Of a stretch of 42,213 bases of DNA, positions 7,919 through 17,191 are shown piece by piece; within the stretch, counting starts at the first letter, position 1; every line of letters begins with the position of its first letter. The translations under genes and the position numbers were made by a program. Below the pieces are notes generated by a model, which was not told where the DNA came from, made no database searches, and saw nothing but the letters and a program-made list of their open reading frames with translations. This stretch comes from an uncultured bacterium (lineage in GTDB: Bacteria; Patescibacteriota; Dojkabacteria; J137). The stretch covers positions 132,058-174,270 of the forward strand of contig OY969472.1 in NCBI GenBank assembly GCA_963700155.1. The letters are read 5' to 3'.

Positions 7919-9985
7919 TCACTTTCCAAGGAGTATAAAGTTTCCAGTTTTATAAAATGTTCCATATCCTGAATTTTGGAGATATTCAACAGATTTAGGT
8001 AATTCTTTTATACTGTAATCATTATTAAGCGGTAACGAATAAGTATTATTAAGCCAATTAGTATTATTAGCTTTCAAAGTTTCTTCTAATCTAGATGAGT
8101 ACAAAAAACATATATTATTTTTATTTGAGTTCTTCAATTCATCAATATTAATTAAACTATTCCAAGTCAAAGAAGATGGAGTATTTATAAAATTATATAA
8201 TGATTGTCTTGACTCTGGTGAAATATATTGAGCTGCAGCAGTTTGATTTTTAGTAAGACCAGCAACCATAATCTGTGAATAAGGATCTGAAATTATAGTG
8301 CAAGAATTAGAAAAATTACTATTTAAATAATTGACTAATTTTGAATCCTCAAATGTAACTGCAGAGACCGTACCATCTCGTTGGCTATAAAACTCTGAAT
8401 ATGTATTGTAATTAACTGCAAAATTAAAGATATAAATAACGATTATCATTATACTGACTAATCCATAGAGCTTTATACTCATTCTTGTATCAATTAAATA
8501 ATTTACTACAAGAATTGAAGAAAAAATCCCTAACCCAATTAGAAATTTATTAGCGTATGTTGGTCCGAGTACATATATTGAAATTCCTATAAATAAGTAG
8601 ACTAATGCATACATTCCGAATCTTAATCTGTTTTTATCCTTTAAAAAGTACCAAATTGAAAATAAAACAAAAACCAAAGGAATTCCTAAAGTATTGTAGA
8701 TAAATAGTAAATTATCTGGGAAAGATAAGTTAGTTGCACTTCCTATTGACTGAATATCAGATGCTTGAAAATTCTGTTCAATAGAAAAGCCTCTTGAAGA
8801 TAATAAAATTACGACTAAAAGCGGAATTAATGAATATAAGAAGTATCTATTGAATTTATTGTCATTTATAATCGCATCAAGATATTTATTTTTATAAAGA
8901 AAATAAATGATTAATAAAATTGAAAGATATGCTCCAATTATAAAATGAATCAATAAAAGCATAATTATTCCAAGGATCAAATGGATAAATTTGAATTTCT
9001 TTAGTAAAAATAATGAAATAAAAATATAAAATGCTAAAGTCTGAGGAATAAAGAAAACAAAATCGTATGCTCCATTAACAAAAACAAAAATTGAAATTAA
9101 AGCTGCAAAAATTGATAAGCTTCTTCGTTTTAAAAAAGTAATAAAAAATTTGTATAAAAGAGAAATTCCAAGTATTCCCCAAACAAAATCTAGAACATAG
9201 AAAACTCTAACAAGATTATTTCCAGCATAACTTCCAAAAACTCCTAGAATAGAATGATAAAAAGTCGTATATCCTGCTTTTAGAAACAAATTAGAGCACT
9301 GATTAGGAATTATGCACAATATATCACCGTTTACCATCCCATTCACCGCTGCCTGGTGTTGAAGGTAGTCTAAGGCCAAAATAGAGCCATTTTGACGTAT
9401 TAGAAGCAATATAATTACATATAAAATCGAACCAATTACGATTGGGAATAAATGCTTTTTGGCGTTTTTTATTTCTGAGACTGGAGAATAGAAAACATAA
9501 TATAAAACAAGAATATTAGAAACCAAGACTACAAAAATAAAAAACGCCCTTGATAACACTTGAAAGTCTGAAATCCCAAGATTTGAACCAAAATATATCA
9601 GAAAATATGCTGCAGGATAAATAAATAACCCTAAAATTGAATAAATGCTTATAAATTGTTTTCTAAAAACAACTTTTGAAATTAGGTTAGGAAGAACTAA
9701 AACAGCTGAAATTGAGAAGAAAATCCATAAATCACTATTTTCAAGAGCAGTATAACCTCCTATTAGAAATAAGATCAGAAAATGTACAAAGAATATAATA
9801 TAAGCAATTGTGAATATTTTCTTGCTAACCGAAAGCGTTTTAAATTTTTTATAAAAAATTGTAGTCGAGAAAAATTTATAAAACGAACTCTGAGTAAATT
9901 TTTGTTCCAGGCTCTGTATCAAACCAAGAGATCTGAATTTAACAAACATATTTATAAATTTTTCTTCAATAATATCTTCAATCAA
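7919..9985 (-). CDS. large polytopic membrane protein with C-terminal extracytoplasmic domain (GT-C glycosyltransferase / polymerase-like)
   Basis: 688 aa. More than 12 hydrophobic helices, then about 170 aa of soluble C-terminus. Context is a glycan locus. Confidence 0.45.
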   Translation of the reverse strand: MIEDIIEEKFINMFVKFRSLGLIQSLEQKFTQSSFYKFFSTTIFYKKFKTLSVSKKIFTIAYIIFFVHFLILFLIGGYTALENSDLWIFFSISAVLVLPNLISKVVFRKQFISIYSILGLFIYPAAYFLIYFGSNLGISDFQVLSRAFFIFVVLVSNILVLYYVFYSPVSEIKNAKKHLFPIVIGSILYVIILLLIRQNGSILALDYLQHQAAVNGMVNGDILCIIPNQCSNLFLKAGYTTFYHSILGVFGSYAGNNLVRVFYVLDFVWGILGISLLYKFFITFLKRRSLSIFAALISIFVFVNGAYDFVFFIPQTLAFYIFISLFLLKKFKFIHLILGIIMLLLIHFIIGAYLSILLIIYFLYKNKYLDAIINDNKFNRYFLYSLIPLLVVILLSSRGFSIEQNFQASDIQSIGSATNLSFPDNLLFIYNTLGIPLVFVLFSIWYFLKDKNRLRFGMYALVYLFIGISIYVLGPTYANKFLIGLGIFSSILVVNYLIDTRMSIKLYGLVSIMIIVIYIFNFAVNYNTYSEFYSQRDGTVSAVTFEDSKLVNYLNSNFSNSCTIISDPYSQIMVAGLTKNQTAAAQYISPESRQSLYNFINTPSSLTWNSLINIDELKNSNKNNICFLYSSRLEETLKANNTNWLNNTYSLPLNNDYSIKELPKSVEYLQNSGYGTFYKTGNFILLGK

Positions 9986-10042
9986 ATCCCTAATTTAACA
10001 AACATTACTAGAATTTTATACTATTTCAGAAGCTTCTCAACT

Positions 10043-10663
10043 TTAATTGCTCTCTATTTTCATATTTATATCAAAATTCATGCTTGAGGAGTATACCTGC
10101 TTAATTATTAACGATTTTCTATTCCCAAAATCCGAGATAGTATAATTTGAGTCTTTATAAATTGTTATTGAACAATCAATATCTTTTATTACAACTGAAT
10201 CATCATTGTATATGATTTCAGATTCTCTAGAATAGTCAAGTTGTATTTGGTAATTAAAGTTTTTTGTAAGACTGTAATTTGTATTTATATCATCGTTTAA
10301 ATTGATACCATTTGCACCTTCTCTTCTTAGTTCTAATTCTCTAGAATTATTTCCAGACTGAACTTTTTGATAATATGTCTCATTCATCCAAGCCAAATTA
10401 AAACCTATTACTGAATTATTAAAACTATCAATTTGTTGAAAAGGTCTAATTGTCTGTGATGATTTATCGTCAATAATATCTGCTTCCGGTCTAAGCACAA
10501 AATATTGTCCATTCTTTAATGCAACTACCAACGAAGTTTGGTTAAATTCAACATCTAAAGGAATATATGTTAACGATTTATAAGCTTGGAAAAAGCTAAT
10601 AATTAAGGAAATTAAAACTATTCCAATTACAAAAAATTTTGAATTTAAGAATTTTGTGTTCAT
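10043..10663 (-). CDS. hypothetical exported/membrane-anchored protein
   Basis: Single N-terminal TM (FFVIGIVLISLIISFF) followed by a soluble domain. Start lies 1 nt after the stop of the upstream GT4 gene, which suggests translational coupling. Confidence 0.55.
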   Translation of the reverse strand: MNTKFLNSKFFVIGIVLISLIISFFQAYKSLTYIPLDVEFNQTSLVVALKNGQYFVLRPEADIIDDKSSQTIRPFQQIDSFNNSVIGFNLAWMNETYYQKVQSGNNSRELELRREGANGINLNDDINTNYSLTKNFNYQIQLDYSRESEIIYNDDSVVIKDIDCSITIYKDSNYTISDFGNRKSLIIKQVYSSSMNFDINMKIESN

Positions 10664-10664
10664 T

Positions 10665-11873
10665 TTAATCTAAATTAAAATGTAATTTAGGGCTAATTTG
10701 CAGTTTACCTTTCTTTAATTCAACAAACTGCATATTGTATTTATATTCTTCTATAAAGTCTAAATATTTTTTAAATACTTTTTGATCTGAAAAATGATTG
10801 AATGCATTTGTTTTAATCTGATTATTTAGTGAGTATTTTTTATCATTACTAAACTGATTCATTGCTATTTCAATTTTGAAAATTAGATCTTCTACATCTT
10901 TTCTTCCAAAACTTAAATAATATGTCCCTAATTTCTTAGCAACTTCAATATTACTTGGAGCATCTGAAAGAACTGGAATACTTCCTAATGAAGCTGCTTC
11001 AACAATTCCTAATGATAATCCTTCATTTATTGAAGAATTTATATAAATTGCAGAATTACTTAAAATCGTAAATAACTCAGATTGAGGTAAAAATTTTGGA
11101 ATGAATTCAATATTTATAGGTAATTGCTTTATTTCAGAAAATATACTATGCCCTTCACCAATGAATAAAAATCTCCAATCTGGATAACTTTTTGCAAGGA
11201 ATAAGAATGCTTGAGCAGTTGTATTAGGATCTTTAACAGGAATAAATTTAGTAGAAAATACTACAATCTTTTCTCTTCTGAATGATTTAAATTTTTTAAT
11301 AAAATCAGTATCAAAGCCATTATTTATTACAACTATATTGTCTGGATTTAACTTGAAATTGTATACAATATATTCTTTATTAGTTCTTGAAACTGCAATG
11401 ATATTTTTTGCATTTTTTAATACTTTACTAAAAAGTCTCTTATCAAGCTGTGCACCAATAAATTCAATTATCTTATTATTAAAGTAATTAGAAGTTGTTG
11501 TATGAGATACAACAATATAATCTCTTTTTAAAATCTTTGTGATTATTAATGCTTGAATACTGCTGAATAAATGTCTGTCATGAACAAAAATTATTGCATT
11601 TGGGTTATTTTTTATAATTTTATAAGTTTTGATAAAGAATTTTATTGTGAATAAAGGATAAGTTCCTCCAAATATAGCAAAACTCTTTATACTTAAACCT
11701 TCAAATCCGTTTAATTTATAATGTGAATTACTTCCATTTCCATGGATAGCTAAACAATTATAACCACTTTTTGATAATGTTTTTAACAATTTATAGGCGA
11801 TGTTTTCAAGCCCTCCAACTTTTGGGTAAAAGAAATGCGAGATTGAAATTATGTCGTATTGATTTTTATTCAT
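10665..11873 (-). CDS. glycosyltransferase family 4 (GT-B fold)
   Basis: N-terminal FFYPKVGGLEN. C-terminal EGLSLGIVEAASLGSIPVLSD (E-x7-E type motif typical of GT4). Confidence 0.75.
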   Translation of the reverse strand: MNKNQYDIISISHFFYPKVGGLENIAYKLLKTLSKSGYNCLAIHGNGSNSHYKLNGFEGLSIKSFAIFGGTYPLFTIKFFIKTYKIIKNNPNAIIFVHDRHLFSSIQALIITKILKRDYIVVSHTTTSNYFNNKIIEFIGAQLDKRLFSKVLKNAKNIIAVSRTNKEYIVYNFKLNPDNIVVINNGFDTDFIKKFKSFRREKIVVFSTKFIPVKDPNTTAQAFLFLAKSYPDWRFLFIGEGHSIFSEIKQLPINIEFIPKFLPQSELFTILSNSAIYINSSINEGLSLGIVEAASLGSIPVLSDAPSNIEVAKKLGTYYLSFGRKDVEDLIFKIEIAMNQFSNDKKYSLNNQIKTNAFNHFSDQKVFKKYLDFIEEYKYNMQFVELKKGKLQISPKLHFNLD

Positions 11874-11891
11874 ATTTTGTTAAATAAAGAT

Positions 11892-11918
11892 AAAGCGGCG
11901 GCTTTCAGCCGCCGCTTT
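11892..11918 (-). terminator. GC-rich hairpin / rho-independent terminator
   Basis: AAAGCGGCGGC-TTTCA-GCCGCCGCTTT. On the minus strand it is followed by TTTATCTTTATTT. It lies only 18 nt upstream of the GT4 start codon. Confidence 0.65.
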
Positions 11919-11963
11919 ATTTAAAATACTCAACCTACTAATAACAATTATTTATTATCACTA

Positions 11964-12006
11964 GGTCGAGCCGGAGAGGCTCTTTCGAGACACTCTCCGG
12001 TCGACC
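11964..12006 (-). terminator. long GC-rich hairpin immediately 3' of the island-1 gene
   Basis: GGTCGAGCCGGAGAG ... CTCTCCGGTCGACC (one bulge). Begins 10 nt after the stop codon. No U-tract. Confidence 0.5.
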
Positions 12007-12015
12007 CTGCTCATG

Positions 12016-12588
12016 TTACGGAGCCCATACCGGCAGCAAGCTGCCGACTTCGAGGACCACATTGTGGTAATTCGAATCGGGCACGAAAAGATCCGCCCAG
12101 GCACCCTCGCCGGTCCGCGCGTTGTACCGCGACATGATAGCAACCTTGTCCCAGCTCATGTACTGAAGCTGGGAAGCAAAGCATCCAAGACTCGGTAGTG
12201 AACCATCGTCCGATTGGAGAACCCAGATGGAACCAGGCGGGAACGCCGGCATTGCCATCGTGCTCGGCGGCAGGATGGTAATGACTTCACGCCAAGGAAT
12301 TTCTGCGCCATTGATGATCACTGCCGCGCTCGGATTCGCCTGGTAAAAGGCCAAACCGTGAGGCAGCGCCATGCCGCGCTCATTGACGACGCCGTTGAAA
12401 GCTTCCGCAAACCGGCAACCCGTAGAATCGCTAAAGTAGGACATCCACAAGGGGATATCCTCTTCCAGCAAGGGCGTGTTCGGATCGGGAACATCTGTCG
12501 CCGCCTCGTCCTGCGCGAGGACGGTGTGACCAACCACGAACAAGAAAACGACAACCAGTAGCAAAGCAAAAAATCCAAACTTCTTCAT
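12016..12588 (-). CDS. secreted hypothetical protein encoded on GC-rich island 1
   Basis: Signal peptide MKKFGFFALLLVVVFLFVVGHTVLA|QDE. Canonical SD AGGAGG (12596-12601) 7 nt from the ATG. Line 12061-12120 has 37/60 G+C. Several same-region and antisense ORFs are GC artefacts. Confidence 0.7.
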   Translation of the reverse strand: MKKFGFFALLLVVVFLFVVGHTVLAQDEAATDVPDPNTPLLEEDIPLWMSYFSDSTGCRFAEAFNGVVNERGMALPHGLAFYQANPSAAVIINGAEIPWREVITILPPSTMAMPAFPPGSIWVLQSDDGSLPSLGCFASQLQYMSWDKVAIMSRYNARTGEGAWADLFVPDSNYHNVVLEVGSLLPVWAP

Positions 12589-12762
12589 GACCTATCCTCC
12601 TCTCGTTTCCGAGATATAAGCCCCTGGTCTTGGGGTTGCGGCCAGAGGCCGCATTTTCGTTTTAAAAGTCGCTTTGCGTTTTCGCCAGGGTAGCAACCTT
12701 TCATCCCTCTGCTGTCCAACCGAAATGGTCAGATTCCCCAGCAGCGCACAAAACAGAAACGA

Positions 12763-12771
12763 TTTATATCA
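12763..12771 (-). promoter_or_regulatory. candidate extended -10 promoter (TGATATAAA) driving the island-1 gene
   Basis: Minus-strand TGATATAAA at the AT-rich/GC-rich boundary, about 175 nt upstream of the ATG. Confidence 0.35.
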
Positions 12772-13064
12772 AAAACTTATCAAATTCACTTCTTAACCTA
12801 GAACTAGTATTTCATTATGAGTAAATAAATCATTCCCGTTTTGCACGCCACTGAGTATTCGCAGAAAGTAAAGATTGCTTTCCGTAATATAAAAGCAGGG
12901 TCATTAGTAATCTTTCACAGCTTTCGCATATGAATTTTCAGATTACTAACAACATTAATCCTATAAATAGGATTGCTGTTGTTAAAGAACCAGTAAAAAC
13001 TATATATAATAGATATTTACTATAATAAGTATATATTATGGGGATATATTTGTCAATAATAAGA

Positions 13065-14075
13065 CTAGTTTTCATCTAATCCAAAATTTGGAAGAAAATC
13101 TAAAATATTTAGTCTTGTTGGAATAGAAATATCTTGATTCCCAACATTAAATATCGGTGGGAACAGATACGATATTCCATCGTCACCTTTAATAACTTGA
13201 CGTACTTCCACATAAAAAAGATTAAAAATAGCTCTATTTAAAAATTCAATTTTATCTTTTTCTGATAAATCATGTGTTAAAACATAAGTATATAAATATT
13301 GAATACTTTTTTTGAGGATTTCCTTAATTTGATCAGGATCATTTGTAACAGATTCAATATCATTAAAACCAAAATCTTCAAGATGTAATATACCAAAGAT
13401 AGAAATATCATTTGGGTCAATATTCTTGCTTTCTAATACTTTTCTGACAATTAAATGTTTAAATGCAGTTAATAAAGTTCTTTCATAAACTCCAAAATCA
13501 GATTTAACCTCTATTTTTAAATTACAATCATTAACTGACTCCTCATACAGTACTGCTAAAGCTCTCCCAATTTCAGCAAATATATCTTGACCAAACAACA
13601 CAATAGATAATGGAACAGCTCCCATTGCAAAATATTTTAAAAATTGACGTCTTGTAAATTGAGTTTTTTTTATTTTCAGAAAAGAAAGAGCACCCAACAA
13701 TGCTGAGCCAGTTACTAATCCACCTTTAATTAATTTCTCATGATTAGGATCATCTTGAGTTGTTGAAAGCTCTACTGGATCAGCTGCTAAAACTATTGAA
13801 TTATCTGGCAAATTTCCGACAAAGTAAGTAAATGAATCACTAATATTTGGATCTATATAAAAAGATTCTCCAGAACTTAAAAGATTGGCTGATATACCAT
13901 CCATTGAAATCACTGGAACTCTACCAGGATAACTATGTATATTTTTATTAATTGCATCTAAAGTAGTTTTATTTGCCCTTTGATCCATAATAGAAGTTGG
14001 ATGAGACCATGCAATAAACTTTACTCCAGAAACCAGATTGCATGTATCAGAAATCTTAATAGTATTGTTATCCAC
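13065..14075 (-). CDS. hypothetical membrane protein (two central hydrophobic helices)
   Basis: 336-aa ORF with a GTG start in the track, so the start is uncertain. Central GGLVTGSALLGALSFL and YFAMGAVPLSIVLFG helices. Confidence 0.5.
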   Translation of the reverse strand: MDNNTIKISDTCNLVSGVKFIAWSHPTSIMDQRANKTTLDAINKNIHSYPGRVPVISMDGISANLLSSGESFYIDPNISDSFTYFVGNLPDNSIVLAADPVELSTTQDDPNHEKLIKGGLVTGSALLGALSFLKIKKTQFTRRQFLKYFAMGAVPLSIVLFGQDIFAEIGRALAVLYEESVNDCNLKIEVKSDFGVYERTLLTAFKHLIVRKVLESKNIDPNDISIFGILHLEDFGFNDIESVTNDPDQIKEILKKSIQYLYTYVLTHDLSEKDKIEFLNRAIFNLFYVEVRQVIKGDDGISYLFPPIFNVGNQDISIPTRLNILDFLPNFGLDEN

Positions 14076-14136
14076 AAAGGAAAAATGTTAAAATTACTGC
14101 GTAAATATAACACAGTTAAGCTATATAGAAAAATCT

Positions 14137-14895
14137 ATGAAATCAATATTAGAAAATTTAGTAAATAAAATAGAAAGTAAACCATTAAGAGATTATCTGC
14201 CGTTAAGAATAATAATTACATTATTAGTACTTACAGGGAATATTGGCAGTATTATGAATCAGAAGCTACTTGGTGAGGTTATAAATGATGATTCCTCGTA
14301 TATTTTACAAAATAAAATCAGGATTGTAGATTTGGATCTGTTCACAAACAAAATGATTCAATCCAGCATTCAGAATATTAATATTGACGATCAAGATAAA
14401 ATCACCTTTCTAATTACTGGTAATACAGATACTAGTTTCCAACTGGTTAGAGATAAGATTGATGAGATAGAATTTCATTTAAATAATATAAAAAATAATA
14501 GTAATTTTAGTGAAGATTCTGAAACATATAGATTAATAGAAGAATCTCTTAACAAGTTCAACGAAATAACTTCATTAATGAACGAATTCAAAAACAAAGA
14601 AATTATGACTCAAGATGATTTAACCAATTTCCAGGTAGTAAAAGATGACCTTATTAATTTATTACGAGCTCTTTTTAACTCTCTTGATAATTATATTTAT
14701 TATTTATCAAATATATATAATATTCTAAATACAGGAATTTCAAATATTATTGGAATACTTGAAACATATTATATATTGCTTTATCTCTGGTCAGTATATT
14801 CTGTCAAAAATAAAGACGGTAAAATAGAAGTACTTTACGAAGTAGATTCAAAAGTTTTTGAGAATAATTTTACAAATTATTTAACTGAGTCCTAA
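14137..14895 (+). CDS. hypothetical membrane protein (N- and C-terminal TM, helical middle)
   Basis: 252-aa ORF. TM helices at LRIIITLLVLTGNIGSI and ILETYYILLYLWSVY. Confidence 0.5.
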   Translation: MKSILENLVNKIESKPLRDYLPLRIIITLLVLTGNIGSIMNQKLLGEVINDDSSYILQNKIRIVDLDLFTNKMIQSSIQNINIDDQDKITFLITGNTDTSFQLVRDKIDEIEFHLNNIKNNSNFSEDSETYRLIEESLNKFNEITSLMNEFKNKEIMTQDDLTNFQVVKDDLINLLRALFNSLDNYIYYLSNIYNILNTGISNIIGILETYYILLYLWSVYSVKNKDGKIEVLYEVDSKVFENNFTNYLTES

Positions 14896-14897
14896 TA

Positions 14898-15902
14898 TTA
14901 TTCCTGAATAGTTATAGAAACTTTTCCAGACATAAACTCTACTTTCTTCACCTGTACTTGAATATTACTTTCAGCATCACTTGTACTCTGTATTATATTA
15001 TCGACACTCAACTGGTCATTCAAATTATTCCAAAGATCTGGTGGAATCAATGAATCTAGGAGTGGGCTTCCAGTAGTTAAATTTTCAATCGTAAATTTTG
15101 TTCCATCTTCATTAGTTTTTATATCTGCACTAACTGTTATCCCTTCTAAAAGTGATGCATCTATAGGAAGATTCTTTATTTCAGTAGAGTTTTGAACTTC
15201 AGGAGATTGAAGTACTTTTCCTATATCAATTTGTATATGTGCAATCCCTGGCTCAAATTTTAATGCAATAGCTGTAGGATCTACACCTTTTGCATCTTTT
15301 AAAATCGAAGCTAACAATTCATCTTCAGTAAAAGTGACTGTATATAATGGATGATCTGCATTTGTACTCTGAGAATCTATTGCATCCATTCTTTTTTGAT
15401 CAAACAAAGTTGGGAAATCTTCTGTATTTGTAATTTGCTTATCACTTACGGTAGTCAATGTTGAATCTGGGGCTCTCTGAACTGTAGTTGCAAGGCTTTG
15501 CACTAACTGCATTCTAAACACATAAATTCCAATACAACTCAAAACACATAATACACATAAAACCAATAATCCTATAAGAATACAACTTCTTAATTTATGA
15601 GATTCCTTTGGCGCAGAAGTATTACTTGCTGGTGGATTTTCAACTTTAGATTGCTTAGGATGTGGTACAGATTTAGTCTTATCTGATTCCTGAGCAACCT
15701 GTCCATTATTATTAGAATCCGGATCTATTGCATCTTGATGAGCTTTTACATCAATATTCTCTCCTACATCTTTTGGAACATGGTTCCCTTCAACTACTTT
15801 AACTCCTTTCATATGATTTGAATCATCCTCAACTGATGTTGTATCATTTTTATCTTCTTCAGCCATAATTATAATGATTATAAATATTAATAAATAATAC
15901 AC
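14898..15902 (-). CDS. type-II membrane-anchored extracytoplasmic protein, last gene of the TasA-like/SipW cluster
   Basis: Low-complexity acidic/polar N-terminus, single TM (CILIGLLVLCVLCVLSCIGIYVF), about 190-aa external domain. The more plausible start is the Met at 15866 (MAEEDKN). Confidence 0.6.
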   Translation of the reverse strand: MYYLLIFIIIIIMAEEDKNDTTSVEDDSNHMKGVKVVEGNHVPKDVGENIDVKAHQDAIDPDSNNNGQVAQESDKTKSVPHPKQSKVENPPASNTSAPKESHKLRSCILIGLLVLCVLCVLSCIGIYVFRMQLVQSLATTVQRAPDSTLTTVSDKQITNTEDFPTLFDQKRMDAIDSQSTNADHPLYTVTFTEDELLASILKDAKGVDPTAIALKFEPGIAHIQIDIGKVLQSPEVQNSTEIKNLPIDASLLEGITVSADIKTNEDGTKFTIENLTTGSPLLDSLIPPDLWNNLNDQLSVDNIIQSTSDAESNIQVQVKKVEFMSGKVSITIQE

Positions 15903-15935
15903 GGAAGAAAAAAAAGTCGCAACAATCTGAAGTTT

Positions 15936-16502
15936 CTATAAATTTAAATGGATAGATTCTTCTTTATAGTTTCTTTCCTGTCTCTTATCTTTAAGTATTT
16001 TGGAAATATTCAACATTTCTAAGAATATGATTAATAAAGCAGGGATAAGAATTATAAAAATAAATCCCAATTTAGTTTTTGCAAAACCAATAATATAACC
16101 AACATAAGGTATATGAAAAGTTACTTTACCTAAAACATCCAACTTGTTCGCAGTCCAAGGATCTTTTCCTGTATTTGCGTCCCCTTTTGTTTCATAAAAA
16201 GTATCTCCATTATCATTCTTAATATCTGCGATACGGTGAGTTACATTAATATTTTTTGGAGCAATTTCACCAAGATTGGATTTATATGTAATGATATCTC
16301 CGACTTGATATGAATCTTGTTGAGAAACAAAAACCATACTACCCTGAGGAATCTCAGGTTCCATAGATCCTGTTTCTACTACAAAAATTTGAGCACTTTT
16401 TGGAATACCTAATACGGATAATAAAGTTAAAACTGAAATTACTAAAATTATTGAAACTAAAATAACTGAAAATACTTTCAAGATTTTTTTTAAATTTTTC
16501 AT
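15936..16502 (-). CDS. sipW: signal peptidase I, SipW/archaeal type
   Basis: N-terminal TM. Catalytic Ser context VETGSMEPEIPQGSMVFV. His context VTHRIADI. C-terminal TM. About 188 aa. Confidence 0.8.
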   Translation of the reverse strand: MKNLKKILKVFSVILVSIILVISVLTLLSVLGIPKSAQIFVVETGSMEPEIPQGSMVFVSQQDSYQVGDIITYKSNLGEIAPKNINVTHRIADIKNDNGDTFYETKGDANTGKDPWTANKLDVLGKVTFHIPYVGYIIGFAKTKLGFIFIILIPALLIIFLEMLNISKILKDKRQERNYKEESIHLNL

Positions 16503-16528
16503 TTTATAAATAATAAGTTATTGAATCT

Positions 16529-16555
16529 GAGGGCCCCGATGGAATCGGGGCTCTC
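16529..16555 (-). other. GC-rich intercistronic hairpin between the TasA-like gene and sipW
   Basis: GAGGGCCCCGAT-GGA-ATCGGGGCTCTC (12-bp stem with one G-U). No clear U-tract. Confidence 0.6.
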
Positions 16556-16579
16556 AATGTACATTAGTTTCAACCCTAT

Positions 16580-17191
16580 TTAGTCTTCTGTGTAAGAAGT
16601 AGGAAATGAAACTGGGGATGAAGTGGGAACTTCATTTGTCCCTATTGCATAAAATACTCCAGTCCATGTACATGTTTCATTAGCTTGATTATTATTTGCA
16701 TGATAATCAAGTCCTGCTCTTATTCTTACAGCAGCTACATCATCTGGATTCATACTTGGGTCGAATACTCTATGATGCCCTGTAATTTCTTCTTTCTGAT
16801 TAAAACCTTTTATAGCATTAATGTTCCATTTATATACATTGTACATAAATTCGTCTCCATCCTTTGGACCAGTCTTGATCTGAATATTAGTCTTAACACA
16901 AGCATCACCAACAACATCTGTAACATAAAAATACAGCCTTACATTATTATTCGAGTTGTTTGTTACCAAATATCTCTGCCAATCTGTCCATTGTCCAGGC
17001 ATTAAACCATCTGCAATTATTGGAAGTGGCGTCTGTTCAGAACCATCTCCATTAAGCTGAATATCTATTGCTCCTGTAGAAATTGAATTTCCCGGAATTG
17101 TTGCTGAATCGCTAAATACAGCAAATGCAATCTCACCAATACTAGCTACTAATGCCACTATTACTAAAACACTAGCTAAAATTCTTCGCAT
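16580..17191 (-). CDS. TasA/camelysin-family protein with SipW-dependent-type signal peptide
   Basis: N-terminus MRRILASVLVIVALVASIGEIAFAVFSDSATIPGNSISTGAIDIQL matches the (A)xAxF(S/T)D...GN.(I/F).(T/A)G pattern of SipW-cognate signal peptides. Immediately upstream of sipW. Confidence 0.8.
   Translation of the reverse strand: MRRILASVLVIVALVASIGEIAFAVFSDSATIPGNSISTGAIDIQLNGDGSEQTPLPIIADGLMPGQWTDWQRYLVTNNSNNNVRLYFYVTDVVGDACVKTNIQIKTGPKDGDEFMYNVYKWNINAIKGFNQKEEITGHHRVFDPSMNPDDVAAVRIRAGLDYHANNNQANETCTWTGVFYAIGTNEVPTSSPVSFPTSYTED

Noticed and set aside
11961-12588. Four extra ORFs in and around island 1 (11961-12143 -, 12013-12198 +, 12214-12561 +, 12318-12578 -).
   Set aside because: They overlap the signal-peptide-bearing 190-aa ORF in other frames or strands, are Arg/Pro/Gly-rich as expected for stop-poor GC-rich DNA, and lack an SD. 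The 12016-12588 frame has AGGAGG plus a clean signal peptide.
12660-12700. Possible c-di-GMP-I (GEMM) riboswitch, because the island-1 leader contains ACGCAAAGC.
   Set aside because: The GGCAAAC element and the GNRA-capped P1 hairpin that should precede ACGCAAAGC in GEMM-I are absent. Here GGCGAAA runs directly into ACGCAAAGC. The leader is kept only as an unclassified structured leader.
11945-12840. Terminal inverted repeats bounding island 1 (CTAGT...TAAATAA on both flanks).
   Set aside because: The similarity is limited to a 5-mer plus an AT-only 7-mer with an indel, which is not distinguishable from chance in AT-rich flanks.
13635-13655. Perfect twin-arginine consensus TRRQFLK followed by a hydrophobic stretch and IFA in ORF 13065-14075.
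   Set aside because: The motif sits at residues 141-147 of the ORF, with no start codon nearby that could make it N-terminal. No tat genes are in the window. It is more simply read as the cytoplasmic loop between two TM helices.
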